Shown piece after piece: positions 60,341 through 64,000 of a stretch of DNA of 64,000 bases (position 1 is its first letter; every line of letters starts with the position of its first letter). A model generated the notes under the pieces. That model was not told where the DNA came from. It ran no database searches and saw only the letters and a list, made by a program, of their open reading frames with translations. Source of the stretch: Lama glama (taxonomy: Eukaryota); the NCBI GenBank assembly GCA_028534125.1, contig CM052843.1, positions 22,010,001 through 22,074,000 on the forward strand, written 5' to 3'. The position numbers and the translations under genes are program-made.

Positions 60341-63300
60341 AACCAAGTAAGGACGCAAAAGTACTCCGGCTTGGAAAAGAACAAGAAAACAGGCAGGAAT
60401 CAAGGTTGAAACAGCCCACAGCCAGCCTTCCCTCAGCACCTGAAGCCTCTTGTGCGGGCGGTGCCCAGGGCCCTGGCCGCGCCTCATTCAGCAGCACTCG
60501 CTCCCTAAAGCCAGGGCTTCTGCAGAGACCTAGCAAGGTGAGGCAACTTTCCCCGTGAGGGGCAGAGAAGCAAGGTGATTGCCCATCAGGGAATGTTCCC
60601 GAAACCTCGTGTGGGAGCCGGCCAGCCCTGCTGTCGGAGCTGCATCCGGCCCGTCTGCCACGCGCCCACCTCGGGGCTGACGAATGAGGAGGTCAGGGGA
60701 CGCCCTGTCGGAGTCGTTCCAGGTCCAAATCCAGGGACTTCCCGGAGCCACGTAAACGCTGCCACGGCGCTTGGAGCTGCGCCCCCAGCCTCCCGGGATT
60801 AAGAGCAGGGCCGCAGACGCTGCAGAGCTGGACGTCCCGCCCAGTGCCCGGGGGACACTGAAGGATCCCAGAGCCCAGAGAAATCCAGCTGACGTTTCCC
60901 AGGGAGATAAGCGAGAGCAAAGCTCCGTGCAGCCCCCGAGAGCAGGGCTGGCAGGCGCACTCCAGAGCACTCCCAATCGCTCGGAAGATAAAAACACGAC
61001 ACGCTCGGAAAGCCTGCTCAGCTTTATCAAGATGCCGACTTAAGACAAAGAGGCGACTCAGCAGCTCTGGAGAGGCCGTCGCTCTTCCTTAAACCCAAGT
61101 GGTTTTGAAGCTTTCTTTCAAGATGCTGATGGCAGGAACGACGCAGCCGTCCCGTCCTCAAAAGGCACGCTTGTCAGCAACCGGCCCACAGTTAACGTCA
61201 CCGGGCTTCCACCGCGTCAAGGCGATGGTTGCCTAATTGCAGACGTTTTGAAATGAAAACCGTCCTTCACTGCTCTGTGCTCCGCCAGCCCCCACCACCC
61301 TGCAAGCGTCCGCCCTTGGGTGTTGGGTGGACCTTTCTCAGGGCGGCGCCCGCGGGAGAAGAGAGCCTGGACCTCACACCGACCAGCCCTCTTGCAGCGG
61401 GCGTACAAACCCTCGCCACAGACGGGGGAGCCCTCGCCACTCGTCAGACAGTAACACACTCTCTTTAGAGGGTGGCCCCTTTGACAAACGTATTTCTCTG
61501 GGCTTGCATTTTGCAGAGAGAATCACTGCATGAACTTTCAAAATTCCTAAGGAGCTGACTGCTGCCCCACGGCGTGGTAAACGATGCGTGCCGGGGCACA
61601 GCGCTGCAGACCAGCGTTGTCACCGCCCAGGCCGGGCCTGGCCTCCCTGGGGAGTTACCAACAGCCCACCGCTGACTCTTGACTTTGGGACGCTCACTTA
61701 GCGCATCTAAACGGGAAAAGAGGACTGTTGACAGGATTCCCTGGAACACTGCTTCCAACGCAGGAAACACTAACAATGCTCCAACATGGGAAGACTCTGA
61801 CATGTCGCCTCGCCCTGCAGGCTCCTCGCAGGGGGTCGCGTTTCCTCCTTTCTGAATCGGAAGTCCTTCCCGTTGGCTCCTTCAAACAAAGATCCAGTGT
61901 CGCAAGGGTGCCACGACTCCGTGTGCCTTGCACGCGTGTGGACACAAACCCGGAACGTGGTGACCCACTCAGCCCAGAGACACTGACCCACCGCTGACTT
62001 TATCAAAGAAAAAACTAGCCATGTGGCTTCATTCTCCCCAACCCTGTTTGATGAACTCCCTGAGCAGCAGCCCAGAGCAGCTCACGTCAGTTTGTCAGGC
62101 TCTGAAATGCATCCAGATTACCTTAAGCAGCAACGAACGGATCTCAAATTTTGTCTCAGTTAGTTATCCGTGTGAGCCAAATACTCTGAGCTGAAACTCA
62201 ACTAGAAATTCTAACACTCAGTGAAGGTACTGGAAGGGAAAAGGTGCTAATTCAAGAAAAGTTAGAAATGAACAAAGTCTGTGGGGTTAAAGAAACGTGT
62301 GTGTGCACCTGGCAGGCGAGCTGGCTCCCGTGGGCTCAGGAGGCTTGTGTGGACGCTTGGTGGGTGCAGCCGGGCTCGAGCAGCTACGTAACTCAGCACC
62401 GACGGTGGGGCCGGGTCCTCGGGGCAGGCGGCTGCAGGCGGGCAGGCGGGGAGGCTGGACCTTGCCGGGTGGTGGTGAGAGTTGGACGTGTCCTTAGGGA
62501 CTCCCGCTCTGCCCCGGACAGAGCTGCTGGTCACGTGCACAGGTATTTACACACAGGCGTGTGCACACAGGTCACCGAGGGGCCGGAAGCAGAGGCCCCA
62601 GTGGCCACAGCACACGCAGCCCCAGGCCCCAGGCCTGAGCACATTCTCCTGCGTGGGATCCAGGTTCTCCAGAGAAATGGCTGGCTCCAGACTCAGGCGG
62701 TGCAGGGGGTGGTCCCTTTGTGGCTACACTGTGTGCAACCCACATGGACGGGGGTCCCTGTTCAAAGACGCCAGAGGACAAAGTGTGGACTTGACCTTGC
62801 TTAGCATGATCCAGGAGCCCCCAGAAACTCCCCTGGGAGAGGGGCTGAAGGCCATTCACCAGCAAGACTCCAGGTCCTTCCTGTGGACCCCGACCCGGAG
62901 GCGAGCCAAGGCACCTGCAGCCCCACAACGCCTGGACTGGTGGCCCCACCGCACCAGCGGGTCAGCGCGGGCGGGCAGCCCAGGCTGCACCCAACGGAAG
63001 GATGAGTCTGTGCAGGGTCGTCTGCTGGCTGCCCTGGTTCTCCCTGGAGACCCCGCAGCAGTTCAGACCCGCTTCCCCCGGCTCAGCGAGCCTCCCCGGG
63101 CCGGCATCTCACACCCTCTGCGTGGAGCCTCCACGGACGGGCCGTCCGGCCTGGCTCTGCTGTCCTGCGTGAGCTCAGCCTGGCCTTCCAAGAGCCCCTC
63201 CCACAGCCACCTGCCCTCCTTGTGCGTCCGCCAGGGCGCTGACGGGAACTTCAGCGTCAGCGCGGACGCGGCCTCAGTCCTGATGCCACTGCCCCCCCAC

Positions 63301-64000
63301 CAAGAATTCCTGTGTCAGGAAGCGGGACCACCGCCCACTCAGCGCACTCAGTGAAGACAATGGGGGCTTCTGGAGCCCTTCCGCTCCCTCCCCCACAACC
63401 TGGGGCACTGACCCGCCCCGCTTCCTCTCCCTGCGGGTCCCGGGGCGCCCTCTCCCCCGGCCCTGCTGCCGTCCACGGGCTCACCCTGCCCGGCCACTGA
63501 CCCTCCAAGGCTCCCCTGTGCCCCCCGGCCATCCACAGCCTCATCCCCACACCCTGCAGAGGGACCTTTGAAACCCTCACCGGGTCGCAGACTCGGGCAG
63601 TCGGCCCACGTTTCCTGACAGCACTCGGTGCCCTGGTTTCCCGAGCTCTGGGCAGCCCCAGCCTCCCCGCCTGGCCACAGGCCTGTGTCCTTCCCCGGAG
63701 CACTAGCTGGTCCCTGCCGCAGGCCCCTGGATGGCCCCGCTTTGCCTGGACCGCTCCTGCCTTTGCTCCGCCAGGCTGGGACCCCGGTGTCTCCAGGAGC
63801 CACCTCCCGGGAGCAGCCTCTCCGAGCGCCTGGCCCCTTCCACACTCCGCCCCGCACGTGGGCCTGTTGGTGCTGCCTCTGCTCTGTTACTGTCTCTCCT
63901 CCCTCATTTAAAGGATGAGATGCTTTAAAATATATATTTTAGGAAGGGAAAAGGACCTGGAAGGACTCAGTCCTGTGCGGGTTCAGCCGAGCATAAGCAG

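Noticed and set aside
1-64000. Hundreds of 60-480 aa ORFs in the six-frame track (e.g. 30000..31439, 35861..36730, 62482..63354, 23500..24321)
   Set aside because: They are Pro/Gly/Arg/Ala-rich, overlap on both strands, and show no recognisable domain or splice structure. This is expected from stop-codon scarcity in GC-rich DNA.

Overview
This is mammalian genomic DNA, most likely from a camelid (alpaca or camel), judged from two Vic-1-type tRNA-derived SINEs and artiodactyl-type L1 3' ends. There is no prokaryotic content and no CRISPR array. One protein-coding gene is supported: EFCAB1/CLXN (calaxin), an EF-hand Ca2+ sensor of the outer dynein arm docking complex. It lies on the + strand in six coding exons (13922-13979, 17512-17670, 18463-18567, 19218-19369, 19601-19705, 20718-20777) that splice to an intact 212-aa ORF. 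Its CpG-island promoter is built from three ~71-bp repeats, each carrying a CCAAT box and an RFX X-box. The rest of the window is non-coding: decayed L1/MIR/L2 fragments, SINEs, mini- and microsatellites, a ~660-bp local duplication and three assembly gaps. The most striking window-wide signal is that old, normally AT-rich repeats appear rewritten toward G/C and CpG, and calaxin's amino-acid differences from human/mouse (recalled from memory) point the same way. This suggests strong GC-biased gene conversion at the locus. Nearly all ORFs in the supplied track are GC-rich noise. I found no evidence for a novel multi-gene system; the candidate novelties are regulatory and evolutionary.
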